46,925 nucleotides of DNA from Opitutales bacterium (GTDB taxonomy: Bacteria > Verrucomicrobiota > Verrucomicrobiia > Opitutales > JAFGAQ01), in the NCBI GenBank assembly GCA_016933595.1, contig JAFGAQ010000024.1:1-46925 (forward strand), read 5' to 3'. The position numbers and the translations under genes were made by a program. Positions 1 to 11,200 of this stretch are shown piece by piece. The number at the start of each line of letters is the position of its first letter. The stretch's first letter is position 1. Under the pieces are notes generated by a model that saw only the letters and a list, made by a program, of their open reading frames with translations, ran no database searches and was not told the DNA's origin.

Positions 1-53
1 AAAGGGGAGGAATGGCTTGAGTTTTGAGGGCATAGCAGGGAGATTGGCTCCGA

Positions 54-3000
54 GTGGTGAAGCGGTTATTGAAAAGGGTACTGATGGTTGTGGGAGCGGG
101 ATTTGTTCTGCTCTTTTTGGCCGTGCTTACGTTGCCATGGTGGTTAGCATCGGCGGTGGGTTGGTTTGTGCCGGATGAGGTGCTGATGATTGAAGGATCA
201 GCGGACAGCACATGGCCCGGTTCGGTGGAATGGGGTCGCGTAACGTTTTCGCAGCCATCGCTTCGGGTGGTAGCAGACGGAGTGTCATTTCACGCTCCTC
301 TGCGCTGGGTGAATCTATTATTGGGGCGGAAGTCGGGTTCGCCATTGTTTCGGGCGGAGCGGGTGGAGGTTTCGATCGGCAGTGGTTCCGACGCGGAGGT
401 TAAACTGGAAGAAGAGGGGTCTGGTCTGGATGGAGTAAATGCCCTGATGGCGGATCTGGAACGGTATTTGGAGTTGGCGCGCCGATGGGCTCCCTGGTTG
501 GAGATCGGCAGTGTCCAGGTGCACCATCCATCGGCAAAAGTGCAGGTGAGATCCTTGCTTTGGAAAGATGGTGTTTTCAGTCTGGAAGCGGATATTGGTA
601 TTCAAGAGCGGGAATCGGAGCATCTTGAATGGAGACTGGTTTCGAGTCCGGGCAGCTTGAGCATGCGCATCGGGTTACCGTTGCGGGAGGTCGCATTGAG
701 TATGGAATGGAGGAACCGCGACGACGGTGGATGGATGGGGTGGAGTTTGAGCCATCGCCAGAGCGGCTTTGAGGGAAGTGCCGTTTGGAAGGATGGGTGG
801 CTGCCGGATCAGGCTGAGTGGAAGGCCGATGATTGGAAGGTCGCGTATGGGGATCTCGGTCTCGCATCCGATGGGATGTCGGCTGACGAGGATGCGTTGG
901 TGCTCGATTGGAGCGGGCATTGGAAGGATGGTGCCCATCGGCAGGAGCTCAGCTTGCGGGCGGGTGATGGGAGCTCGTCCGATGCGCTTCGCAGTGGAAC
1001 GCTTCCCCGCTTGATGGCACGTGCCGAGTTGGAAGGTGATGCGGATCGGATCAGCCTCAGTGATTTTCAGGTGGAAGGAGACGGGTTGCTCGCCCGCGTC
1101 CGGGATCCGCTTACGTATGACTGGGAGATGAAACTGCTGAGTGGCTCGGTTGGCGCGGCTCTGGATCTTGACTTGTCACGTTTGGGGGTGGAGGGATTGA
1201 CGGGCATCCTCATCGGCGGCATTAACACGGAAGGGCTGTCTCTGGATGCCAAAACCCACCCCGTGGTTTCGATGGAATTGAAAGGGGAGAGCCTGAGCTT
1301 CCGCGAATACCCGCAGCTTGATCTGGGACTGAAGGCATCGTGGAGTGGCGATTTCATTATCGTGGATACGTTTCAGGTGACGGCCGGAAACGGTAGTGTC
1401 GCGCGCATGAAGGGGAGTTGGAATTACGGGACGGGTGATCTGGGTGTCTGTGACGTATACCTCGATCTCAAGCAGGAGGATGTCGATTCATTCGTGCCGT
1501 CTGAAGTGCGTTGGACCCGTTTTGAGGCGGGGATTCAGGCAGATGGTCCAATCAAGGACATCCGGTATGCGGGTGAATTGAGCGCGAATGGCCTTCAGTA
1601 TCCCGGATGGTTGGATCCGGTTGGGATGATGGCTGAATTTGGAGGCAACCTGAGGGAACTCTACACGGCCTCTCTCGTGTTGATTCATCCCGGTGGTGCT
1701 CGGATGGGGCTTGAGGGTGCGCTGAACTGGGAAGAGAAAACGGACCTGACAGTGAGGGGGATCGAGTGGCATGCATCGGATGGTAGGGTGCTGCGGCTGT
1801 CCGAGCCTTTTGGAGTGGATTTCGGACCCGATGGGAAGGTTTCGGTTGGGCAGATCCAGCTGCGGGAGGCGGTTGAAGGTGGCGTGCGCGTGGAAGCGCG
1901 GTGGACATCCGGGGATTTGTCCTCAGGCGCCTTGGATGTCGAGAACTGGAGTCCATTGTCTTGGGTCAACCCATGGGTGGCGCTGCCGTTGGATGCACTG
2001 GAAATCGACAGGATGGATGCGGAGATCAGCCTTGCCGGCGACGATCTGAGCTTTGCGTGGAAAGGCGAGATCCAAGCCGGGTTCCGTGGAGCGGATTACC
2101 GGATGAGGGGAAGCCTGAAGCTCGGTGACGATGGGATCCGGGCGGAGTCTCTGGAAGTGTCCGGGCCGGAAGATATGCGGATTTTGCTCAATGGAGGGAT
2201 CCCCTATCGGATGAACATGGGGGAAGGTAGGCGTCTCAGCCGGATCGATCATGGGATGTTTGATCTGACACTGTCGTGGGACGATGCCGGTGGATGGCTT
2301 CGGAATCAGGTGGAAAGCTTGCCGGTGCCGGTGGAATCGCTCGCTCTGTTGCTCGAGCTTAGCGGTTCGACGGATGCTCCAGGTGCCGCGTTGAAAGGAA
2401 ACATGCGGACGCGATCCAGTGCGAATGGGGATATCAACATTCCTGCCTTGGATTGGACACTTGCTGCGGAGTGGGACGCCGCTGGAGTGCGGGTTCCCTT
2501 GCGGATTGATTCCGAAATCGGATCATTTGAAGTAGAGGGCGTTGTTGATCCGGGTGTTGCATTGGTGGATGTGCTGGATGGTAAGCTGGATGGATTGGAT
2601 CCCATGCAAATGCCTTTCGAGTTTGAAGTGCCACCGTCTTCACTCGCTCCACTGGCGATGCTGGCCAGCGAAATGATGAGACCCGAAGGCACGATTGAGG
2701 CGAGGGTCAAGGGCACCGTCCGCGATGGGGTTGAAGGATTTGTGCGGATGGATGGAGCCCACACAAGGGCGGTTTTTCCATTCGGGGCGATTCGCGACAT
2801 GAAAAGCGAGTGGCACTTGTCCGGGAAGAAGATCAAGCTGCGCGAGTTCACCGGGTTCCTCGGGCGGGAACCTATCCGGATCACCGGCGATTTGGATGCT
2901 ACGGATTGGGAGAATCCCACCGGTGGGTTGACTGTGAAAGGCGAGGGAATTTCGCTGGTTCGGCAGGGAGGTCTGTTGCTGCGTGCGGATCTCGATCTGA

Positions 3001-3851
3001 AGCTGGGTCGGTCGAAGGCACCAGACCCGTGGGTCGTGAGCGGCCAGGTGCGTTTGCGTGACGGGTTGCTACTCATGGACTCGTCAGCGTTGCTGGTGGC
3101 ACCTGGGGGAGCAACCCGCAGTGCGAGCAGCCGGCCACCGTATTTTTCGGTATCGGCGTCTCCGTGGAATCAGTTCAGACTCGATATCGATGTGATGGGG
3201 GATCGATTCATGCGGTTGCGGACTCCCGCTTTGATCGGCTCGCTCTCCATTGACATGAAAATGAAGGGCACGATGGAGAATCCCTTCCTGTCGGGCAGGG
3301 CCTTTTTCGATGAAGGACGGGTTTTGTTCCCCTTCGCGGCGTTTGACATCGAGTCCGGTGGCGTCGAGCTGCGCGTGGATCAACCCTACGATCCCGTGGT
3401 GGATCTGAAAGGAAGCAGCCGGCGCCTCGGCTATGATCTTTCGATGGACGTATCGGGCTACGCTGCGGATCCGGTGGTGCGCTTCACTTCCAATCCCCCG
3501 CTGAGCTCCGAGGAAATCCTGCTGATGGTCTTGTCGGGCGATAATCCCAGAGGCGGGATGCGCTCTTCCTCAGCGTCGCGGGCGGGACGTTTGGGGCAGT
3601 ATTTGGCGCAAGGTTTGTTCGCTTCTCCGGACGGCAGCGAGCACAGCCTGATCTCGCGGTTTGAGATGCAATCCGGGGCAAAGCTTTCGAAGCAGGGAAA
3701 GGAAACCCTGGAGATGGAGTTCCGTTTGAATGATCGCTTTCAGATTCTCGGTGAATACGATGAGTATGACTTCTGGAACACGGGAATACGGTTTCGAGTG
3801 CTGAGCCATGGCCGTTTTCAAGAACCATCCGAAGAAGGGGAGGCGGAATGA
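54..3851 (+). CDS. tamB: TamB-like translocation and assembly module protein (membrane-anchored, DUF490-type C-terminus)
   Basis: 1265-aa ORF. N-terminal hydrophobic anchor (VLMVVGAGFVLLFLAVLTLPWWL), long beta-rich body, and a C-terminal tail typical of TamB/DUF490 (LEMEFRLNDRFQILGEYDEYDFWNTGIRFRV). The stop overlaps the ATG of the downstream Omp85 gene (ATGA at 3848-3851). The start (GTG 54/57 or ATG 84) is not resolved. Confidence 0.7.
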   Translation: MVKRLLKRVLMVVGAGFVLLFLAVLTLPWWLASAVGWFVPDEVLMIEGSADSTWPGSVEWGRVTFSQPSLRVVADGVSFHAPLRWVNLLLGRKSGSPLFRAERVEVSIGSGSDAEVKLEEEGSGLDGVNALMADLERYLELARRWAPWLEIGSVQVHHPSAKVQVRSLLWKDGVFSLEADIGIQERESEHLEWRLVSSPGSLSMRIGLPLREVALSMEWRNRDDGGWMGWSLSHRQSGFEGSAVWKDGWLPDQAEWKADDWKVAYGDLGLASDGMSADEDALVLDWSGHWKDGAHRQELSLRAGDGSSSDALRSGTLPRLMARAELEGDADRISLSDFQVEGDGLLARVRDPLTYDWEMKLLSGSVGAALDLDLSRLGVEGLTGILIGGINTEGLSLDAKTHPVVSMELKGESLSFREYPQLDLGLKASWSGDFIIVDTFQVTAGNGSVARMKGSWNYGTGDLGVCDVYLDLKQEDVDSFVPSEVRWTRFEAGIQADGPIKDIRYAGELSANGLQYPGWLDPVGMMAEFGGNLRELYTASLVLIHPGGARMGLEGALNWEEKTDLTVRGIEWHASDGRVLRLSEPFGVDFGPDGKVSVGQIQLREAVEGGVRVEARWTSGDLSSGALDVENWSPLSWVNPWVALPLDALEIDRMDAEISLAGDDLSFAWKGEIQAGFRGADYRMRGSLKLGDDGIRAESLEVSGPEDMRILLNGGIPYRMNMGEGRRLSRIDHGMFDLTLSWDDAGGWLRNQVESLPVPVESLALLLELSGSTDAPGAALKGNMRTRSSANGDINIPALDWTLAAEWDAAGVRVPLRIDSEIGSFEVEGVVDPGVALVDVLDGKLDGLDPMQMPFEFEVPPSSLAPLAMLASEMMRPEGTIEARVKGTVRDGVEGFVRMDGAHTRAVFPFGAIRDMKSEWHLSGKKIKLREFTGFLGREPIRITGDLDATDWENPTGGLTVKGEGISLVRQGGLLLRADLDLKLGRSKAPDPWVVSGQVRLRDGLLLMDSSALLVAPGGATRSASSRPPYFSVSASPWNQFRLDIDVMGDRFMRLRTPALIGSLSIDMKMKGTMENPFLSGRAFFDEGRVLFPFAAFDIESGGVELRVDQPYDPVVDLKGSSRRLGYDLSMDVSGYAADPVVRFTSNPPLSSEEILLMVLSGDNPRGGMRSSSASRAGRLGQYLAQGLFASPDGSEHSLISRFEMQSGAKLSKQGKETLEMEFRLNDRFQILGEYDEYDFWNTGIRFRVLSHGRFQEPSEEGEAE

Positions 3852-5935
3852 GAACCCCCTTTAGGTCTGTCCGATGGATGAGTGTCGTTTGGATGGCATG
3901 TTTCCTGTCGATCGCCGGATTGGATGCCCGCCCATGGAGCGTGGATGGCGCAGGATGGCTGACCGACCGGAAACTATCCCGGGAAGTTCAGGTTTTGTTT
4001 GGACGGGAAACGGCTCTTGCCGGAGCGGATGTCGAGGACATAGCGGTTGTGCTGTTGTCCAGAATCCATGAGTCAGGGTATCTGGATGGAAAGGTGCTTG
4101 CGAGAGTTACCACCTCCTCGGGTGAGCGACTGGAATTGGAATGGCAGCGTCCATCGGAGATTTTTGTTCCCCGTGATGTCGACGTTGCCCGGGTTGATTA
4201 TGAACTCCAGCCGGGGGTGCGCTTTTTCTACTACGCGCTCGAAGTGAAGGGGTCTTCGTTACTCGACCATGAAGGAGTGAAAAGCTTTTTCTTTCGCGAT
4301 CCGCTTCCGTTTCAAGGGCGTTCGGCGATGGTATTCACCCCCGGGCGATTTGCTCAGGGGCAGGCACAATTGCTCGCCTGGCTCCAGGAGGCCGGTTACA
4401 CGGACGCCAAGGTGGAAGGGGCAGTTCAGGAAATGATCCATGCAAACGGAAGGGTATCGGTGGTGGTTTCCGTGGAAGAAGGGGCTTTGCGGAAGGTCGG
4501 AAAGGTCGTATTGGAAGGATCATTGGTTGCGCCGGACAAGCTTGAGGAAAAGGCGGCTCAGTTTGTGGGACAACCCTTGTCGCGGCACTTGCGACAGGAG
4601 TTGGTTCTGAAAATCCGCAACACTTTGTTCGAGCTTGGATATCCACAGGCACAGGTTCGCTTGCTCCCAGGCGGGAGTGATGAACCGCCTGACGGGGCAA
4701 TCCGTGTTTCGGTGGATGCCGGAGATCAATATCGTGTGGGCAAAATCCGATTTGTCGGGCATCGCTCGAGTAAGGGATCATGGCTGCGCTCGCACCTGAC
4801 GATCCATCCTGGAGACCTGCTCAACCCGGTGGAGCTCGACCGTACGCGGATGGCATTGTCGGGCAAGGGTCACTTCGCACGGGTGGAAGTGTCAACCGAG
4901 CCATCCGACACGGAAGGCGTGCGCGATACCGTGTTTGAACTCGAGGAGCGTTTCCCGTGGGCACTGGATTTTTTTGTGGGCTGGGGGAGCTACGAGCGGC
5001 AGAGGGGTGGATTCGTTCTGGAGAGGCGTCATTTATGGGGGCGGGGGCATCGGGCATCCCTTAAGGGCGTTCTGTCCACCAAGAGCAACTACGGCGAATT
5101 GAGTTATCTGGTGCCTGATTTCTACATTAAGGATCTCTCGCTATCGGGAGGAGTGAAAGGGCTGACTCGGGAAGAGCCTTCCTTCGAACACCGGGAAGCT
5201 GGGGTGCAAGCCGGGGTTTCGAAGTGGTTTCCCGATGCGGCCTTGAATGTGGACCTGTTGTATGCGTTTCAGGATCTGGAAGTAAGCAACAGCCGATTGG
5301 GTGAAAACCGGGAATACGTGGATGACCGGACCACTTCCGGGAGTCTTGAATTGCGCGTGACCCGTGACCGTCGCGACAGTCCGGTGAATCCGACAACAGG
5401 CTTCCGTTGGTTTGCGAATGTGGAATGGGCATCCGACATCTTTGGTGGCGAAGCAAAATACCAGCGTTTTGAAGCCGGGGCATCCTGGCATCGGGAGTTG
5501 GCTTCCGGGCTGCTCATTCATGCGGCGTTGAATCAGGCATGGGTGATCTCGGTGGATGGGGACGGTGAGATCATTCCCGTGAACAAGCTGCTGTTCCCCG
5601 GGGGAGAAAACTCGATCAGGGGTTACGGGAGGGGTGAAGCATCCTTGCGGGATGCTGAAGGAAAGTTTGTAGGATCCCGGGCCAACCTTCTTTTGAATCT
5701 GGAGCTTGAACAGCTTCTCACCGACAACCTTTCGGCTGTGGTTTTCCTTGATGCGTTGGCGGCGTCCCGCCTGGCATCCGATGGGCTGGGAGATGAGACG
5801 CTGAGTTCAATCGGTTTGGGCGTTCGCTGGAGGACCTTTATGGGGCCGGTTCGCCTGGAATACGGCCACAACCTCAAGCGTCGTTCCGGTGACCCGAATG
5901 GAGCACTGCATTTTGCGATCGGATTTCCTTTCTGA
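3848..5935 (+). CDS. Omp85-family outer-membrane protein (TamA/TamL/BamA-like; POTRA repeats plus surface-antigen beta-barrel)
   Basis: 695-aa ORF with a signal-like N-terminus (MSVVWMACFLSIAGLDA), POTRA-like alpha/beta repeats, and a C-terminal barrel ending in an aromatic residue (LHFAIGFPF). Translationally coupled to the tamB-like gene. Confidence 0.7.
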   Translation: MRTPFRSVRWMSVVWMACFLSIAGLDARPWSVDGAGWLTDRKLSREVQVLFGRETALAGADVEDIAVVLLSRIHESGYLDGKVLARVTTSSGERLELEWQRPSEIFVPRDVDVARVDYELQPGVRFFYYALEVKGSSLLDHEGVKSFFFRDPLPFQGRSAMVFTPGRFAQGQAQLLAWLQEAGYTDAKVEGAVQEMIHANGRVSVVVSVEEGALRKVGKVVLEGSLVAPDKLEEKAAQFVGQPLSRHLRQELVLKIRNTLFELGYPQAQVRLLPGGSDEPPDGAIRVSVDAGDQYRVGKIRFVGHRSSKGSWLRSHLTIHPGDLLNPVELDRTRMALSGKGHFARVEVSTEPSDTEGVRDTVFELEERFPWALDFFVGWGSYERQRGGFVLERRHLWGRGHRASLKGVLSTKSNYGELSYLVPDFYIKDLSLSGGVKGLTREEPSFEHREAGVQAGVSKWFPDAALNVDLLYAFQDLEVSNSRLGENREYVDDRTTSGSLELRVTRDRRDSPVNPTTGFRWFANVEWASDIFGGEAKYQRFEAGASWHRELASGLLIHAALNQAWVISVDGDGEIIPVNKLLFPGGENSIRGYGRGEASLRDAEGKFVGSRANLLLNLELEQLLTDNLSAVVFLDALAASRLASDGLGDETLSSIGLGVRWRTFMGPVRLEYGHNLKRRSGDPNGALHFAIGFPF

Positions 5936-5968
5936 CCTTAACGTAGGGTTTGCGAGCGGCGCGAAATT

Positions 5969-8164
5969 GTGCAAAGTCCTTTGACCATGGCTGCATCAAG
6001 CGATTGCGAAAATCCCTGCCTTACCGGAATATGGGTGGCTCCTGACGGAACCGTGCATCAGTGTTTTCGTAGCCCGGACGGGGTTACTGAGGCAAAACAG
6101 GCTCAACTGGAGGCCTTTATGTGGGTTTCTGCCGAGGATGTGAAGTCACTCGATGGCGAAAGCCATGTTCACTCGCTCAAGGGAGCAGGCCCGTTCAACC
6201 GGATGCTCACCACCTCAGATATGGAGCAGTTCGGGCAATGGATGCAGCAGGGCAAGGGGCTGCGCCGCATGGAGGTGCTCAAGCCTTTTGAAAGCCAGTA
6301 TTTGCTTAGCCATGGCATGCGGCTTTTTGGGGATTTACGCTTCGACCAACTCAAGCGGTGTCAGTTGGATATTGAGACCGAGATTGGTCCAAATGGGAAA
6401 TTCCCGAGCTCACAGCGCCAGCGGGTGTTGGCTATCGGGCTAAAGATGGGCGAAAAGGAAGCACTTCTGTCGCTTGATGGTGAGGATGACGCCTCTGAGA
6501 AGGCCTTGCTCGAAGCGTTGAGCCAGCACCTCGAGGAATGGGATCCCGATGTGATCGAGGGGCACAACATCTTCAACTTTGACCTCGAGTATCTTCGGGT
6601 GCGGGCGGGAAAACACAAGGTGCCTTGCGCATGGGGGCGCTTTGGGCAGGAAGCGTCTTTCCGGAAAAGCCGCTTGAAGGTGGCCGAGCGTTGGGTGGAT
6701 TTTCAGCGTTGCGATCTGCCGGGCCGGACGGTCTTTGACACCTATCTGATGGTCCAACTCTACGATCTCACATCGCGTGACATGACCTCCTACGGACTGA
6801 AGGCGGTGGCGAAGCATTTCGGGGTAACCAAGGATCTCGGGCATGAACGAACCTACATCAAGGGCGACCAGATTCACGCGACATTCAAGACCGACCGGGA
6901 GCGTTTTCTCGGCTATTTGCGGGACGACTTGCTTGAGACAGAGGGGGTGGCCGCTATTCTCTTACCGACCTATTTTGAGCAGTGCCGGAGTTTCCCAACC
7001 TTGCTTCAGGAGGCGAGCTTAAGGGGAACATCGAGTAAGATCGACCTGTTGTTTTTCGAGAAGTATTATCAGGCCGGGTATGCCTTGCCCGATCCTGTGG
7101 AATCGATCGGCGGATTCGAAGGCGGATACACGCAGAGTTTCCGTAGTGGCGTGTTCCGGGATGTTTTTCATTACGACGTGGCGTCGCTCTATCCGAGTCT
7201 GCTGATCCGCGCGGGTCGCAATCCTGCGAATGATGACCTCGGGGTGTTCCTCCCGTTGCTTGAGGAACTTAGAACCTACCGGCTCCGCTACAAGGGGTTG
7301 GCAAAGAGTGAAAGCGATCCGGCCTTGCGCCGTGAATACGGTGCGCGGCAGGCGACTTTCAAAATCCTGATCAATTCATTCTACGGTTACCTCGGGTTTA
7401 TGGGCGCGCGTTTTGGCGATCCGGAACTGGCAGCACAGGTGACGGCGGACGGCCGGGCGCTGCTGCAGTCGATCATTGACCAGATGCATGTTTTGGAGGC
7501 GGAGCCACTCGAGGCGGACACCGACGGGATTTACGTGTGTGCGGGAAAGTGGGCGAAGGATCCGGAGGGTTTGCTGGCCAAAGTGCGCGAGATTCTGCCC
7601 GATGGGATCGAACTGGAGTTTGATGGCGCCTATGACGCGATGCTCTGCTACAAATCCAAGAACTATGCGTTGAATGAAGGGGGCAAGGTTATCATTCGTG
7701 GATCCGCATTGCGCTCCCGTGGCATCGAGCCCTTCCTGCGCGATCTCACCGAGAACCTGGTTCAGTATCTATTGGGGGGCGACGGGAAGCCTCCCGCCGA
7801 ACTCATGAATGAAATGCGCGAGGCGATCGGCGCCGGCACGCTTCCTGTGAAGTCTCTGTCCAAGATGGAGTCGCTCAATCAGAATCCATCGGTGTATGCA
7901 AAATCCGTCGAGGACGGGAAAACTCCACGGCGTGCCGCACTTGAGGTCGCCTTGCGGATGAATCCTGTTCCCAAGCAGGGGGATAGAGTGATTTACTACA
8001 TCGCCTATGGCGAAAAAGGGCGCAAGGCAATGTGGCAGCGCGCCTATGCACTCAGCGAATACGATCCCGTGGTGTGTCCGTATGATCCGGGCGTTTACCT
8101 CAAGAAACTGGATGAATGGCAGGAGAAGTTCGCGGACCTTTTGGCAATCCGGTCGGCCTCCTGA
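5969..8164 (+). CDS. polB: Family-B DNA polymerase (Pol II type) with 3'-5' exonuclease domain
   Basis: Exo I QLDIETE, Exo II HNIFNFDLEYL, Exo III YLRDD. Polymerase motif A DVASLYPSLL, motif B KILINSFYGYLG, motif C EADTDGIYV. The ORF-track start 5969 is GTG; an in-frame ATG lies at 5987. Confidence 0.85.
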   Translation: MQSPLTMAASSDCENPCLTGIWVAPDGTVHQCFRSPDGVTEAKQAQLEAFMWVSAEDVKSLDGESHVHSLKGAGPFNRMLTTSDMEQFGQWMQQGKGLRRMEVLKPFESQYLLSHGMRLFGDLRFDQLKRCQLDIETEIGPNGKFPSSQRQRVLAIGLKMGEKEALLSLDGEDDASEKALLEALSQHLEEWDPDVIEGHNIFNFDLEYLRVRAGKHKVPCAWGRFGQEASFRKSRLKVAERWVDFQRCDLPGRTVFDTYLMVQLYDLTSRDMTSYGLKAVAKHFGVTKDLGHERTYIKGDQIHATFKTDRERFLGYLRDDLLETEGVAAILLPTYFEQCRSFPTLLQEASLRGTSSKIDLLFFEKYYQAGYALPDPVESIGGFEGGYTQSFRSGVFRDVFHYDVASLYPSLLIRAGRNPANDDLGVFLPLLEELRTYRLRYKGLAKSESDPALRREYGARQATFKILINSFYGYLGFMGARFGDPELAAQVTADGRALLQSIIDQMHVLEAEPLEADTDGIYVCAGKWAKDPEGLLAKVREILPDGIELEFDGAYDAMLCYKSKNYALNEGGKVIIRGSALRSRGIEPFLRDLTENLVQYLLGGDGKPPAELMNEMREAIGAGTLPVKSLSKMESLNQNPSVYAKSVEDGKTPRRAALEVALRMNPVPKQGDRVIYYIAYGEKGRKAMWQRAYALSEYDPVVCPYDPGVYLKKLDEWQEKFADLLAIRSAS

Positions 8165-8227
8165 GAGGGCAGACCGGGCGCGATCTGTCGGCGCGTGTGT
8201 CAGTGTGGCGGCGGCGCTGGGGGATGC

Positions 8228-11200
8228 TCAGCGGCTTTCGATGGCTTTTTGCGCCCGTTCCAAAGTTGCGAGCAACTCGGTTTCCCGGGTTGGTTTTGGA
8301 AGGTAATCATCCATACCCGCATCCAGGCATTTTTCGCGGTCTCCCTCCATGGTATTGGCAGTCATGGCAATGATGTGGATGTCCTCGATTTGGGGGTTCT
8401 TGCGGATGGCTCGGGTGGCCTCATAACCATCCATGACTGGCATTTGGCAATCCATGAACACAATATCGTAGGGTCCGTTTTCCAATGCCGCGATAGCTTC
8501 CCTCCCGTTGGCCACGAGTTCAGCCCGGAAGCCTGCCTTTTTCAATTGGAGTTCGATTACCCGTTGGTTCACCCGGTTGTCTTCGGCCACCAGAATGCGG
8601 ATTTCGTGAGTTTTTCCGTCCGCATGCTTTCTGGAAGTGCGCCGTATCTTTGGTTTCTCCTTCGGACTCTGTTTTTGGAACGGGGCCAGCAGGATTTCCC
8701 GAAGGGCATTTCTCCTTATGGGTAACGTGAGGATGCCTTGCAGACAATGTTTTTGGGCCGACCCCAGATCGATCCGATGCTCAAGTGATGTCAAGAGGAT
8801 GAGAGACGGTTTGGGTTTGGATTCCGGTATTGCCTGCAAGTGTTTGGCGATCGAGCGCAGGCATTCCATTCCGGCGTATTCGGACAAGCGCAGCGCTATG
8901 ATCACCCATTGGGCGGGGTTGGCAGATAGTGCGTTGTCGGAGACGATTGAGCCCGCATGAGCGTAGTCTTTGCTGATTGTGAGACTAATGCCCCAGGCAG
9001 TTGCGTGATGCTGCAGAACCTGCTCCGTCAACTCGCTGTCGCAAAACGCGAGCGCGGAGTGGCCGCGCAGTAGATCAATCTGGGATGAAGGGTCTGTGGA
9101 TTCTGTGTTCTGTGCGTGTGGTTGGAGCTGGATCGTAAACCAGAAGGTGGAGCCTGCACCCTCGCGGCTTTCCACGCCGATATGTCCATTCATTTGTTCG
9201 ACGATTTCCCGCGATATCGCGAGTCCGAGCCCGGTTCCGCCGTATCGGCGTGTGGTGGAGTTGTCGGCTTGAGTAAATGGGCGGAAGAGCTTCCGTTGGG
9301 TTTCCTCAGGGATCCCGATACCGGTGTCCTTTATCTCAAAACGCAGGTTCTCGCCGGAATCTTCCTGGAGTGGTTTCACCGAAATCGTCACAGAGCCCTT
9401 CTCGGTGAACTTAATCGCATTGGCCGTGAGATTGACCAACACCTGACGAATTCTGCCGGGGTCTCCCACCCATTTGGAGGGAAGCTCCGGGTCCACCAGG
9501 CATGCCATTTCGACCCCTTTTTCGCACGCGCGGATTGCCATGAGTTCGAGGGATTCCTCGACGGTTTCGGAGAGATCGAACACAACCGACTCGAAACGCA
9601 GTTTCCCGGCCTCCATTTTGGACAAATCGAGGATGTCGTTGAGGATCGCCAGTAATGATTCCGCGCTGTTTCGTGTTGTCTCCGCGAACTCTTTTTGCTG
9701 GGGGTCGAGTGCAGTTCCCAGCAAGAGGTTGCTCATGCCGATGATGCCGTTCATCGGTGTCCGGATTTCGTGGCTCATGTTCGCCAGGAATTGGCTTTTC
9801 ACGCTGGAGGCTTCCTGGGCCACTTCGGCGGCGATCCGGAGTTCATCCTGCAGGCGTTCCGCTTCGGCCTGTGCCCGTTTGCGCTCCTCGATTTCCATGC
9901 GAAGCGAGGCGTTGGCCTCCGCGAGTTCAGCGGTTCGAATCCTGACGTTGGTCTCCATCAGTTCGTGGGACTGACGGATGCGAAGCCGGTCAAGGTGAAT
10001 GTGGCGCATCCAAACGATGTATCCCACCAATGCCGCAAGGAGGAGAATCGCTCCGGCACGGAATGCCGGGGTTTCGTGCAATCGATGGGGCAAGGTGATC
10101 GAAAGACGGGCTCCGGATTTTTCCCGTATTCCCTCGCTGTTTCTTGCCTGAACGTGGAAGGTGTAGGTGCCGGGCGAGAGGTTTGTGTAGAACGCGGATT
10201 TCCTCGCTCCCGCTTCAACCCAGTCGGAATCAAACCCGTCCAGTTTGTAGCGATAGGTGACCTCGTGCGGGGCGCGGTAGTCGATGGTGGAGTAGTCGAA
10301 CTCCAAGTTGCCGGGGCCAGGCTCAATGGGTGGATTGGACTCGAAATCATAGTGGCGTCCATTTATCCTGATTTGCGTAATACTGGTGGATGGCGGAATG
10401 CTTGTATGGTTTACCTTGTCGGGATCAATCATGATGACGCCGCTGCTGCTCGGGAACCATATCTTACCGTCAGTCGAGCGTGCTCCGGAATACTCGATTG
10501 ATATTTTGTCATTTGATTTCACTGCGTTTCGGCCTTCGTAGACCTCACATCTCAACAACGGGATCGTCCCATCGGCGACCGCGTTCATCTCCTGTTGGTC
10601 AACCCGGAATATCCCCCGGTTGCTGTCCATCCAGAACCCGCCTTTGCCATCCGGTATGATCGCATACACGTAGTCCGAGTGCAGTCCGCTTGCGCGTGTC
10701 AATGTGACGATGCCATCGTCGGTGACTCGCGATATTCCATTGTGTTGGGCCGCCCAAACGTTTCCTTCATCATCGAGGACAAGATAATAGTAGCGGGTGG
10801 GTGGGTATCCGAATTTTTCGGTAAGATTTTCCATCACGCCTTCATTTATCCTGAAGACTCCGGCCTCACATACCATCCAAATGGATCCATCCTGCGTAAC
10901 AATCATCTCGTTGATCCAGGGTACCGATACGGCTTGACCGTTTTTCAGGAAATAGGGAAGAAATGCCCCGTCTTTAAGTCTCATCAGATTGTCTCCGAAG
11001 GCTACCAGAATTCCTGATGAATCTTCCACTATCACCTTTGGCCATGTCTCACCCGACCAGGACTGGATGACCGCCCCCTTGGACGTGGAGAACAAATCAA
11101 TGTTTTTGCGGGCTCCAAACAGAAAGACATCGCCATTCGATGCGAAAAAAATCCTTTTGATCCACCGTGACTGAAACCCTTGGCTTCCTTCCAGCCCGTA

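Noticed and set aside
2306-3076. Long antisense or off-frame shadow ORFs inside large genes (for example 2306-3076, 9695-10501, 12929-13561, 13752-14423, 24861-25541, 26199-27017, 27055-27660, 30096-30836, 34924-35616, 43854-44462, 45108-45731)
   Set aside because: All lie entirely within stronger ORFs that have recognisable domains. Their products are low-complexity (P/R/S/G-rich) with no motifs. Such ORFs are expected in GC-rich coding DNA.
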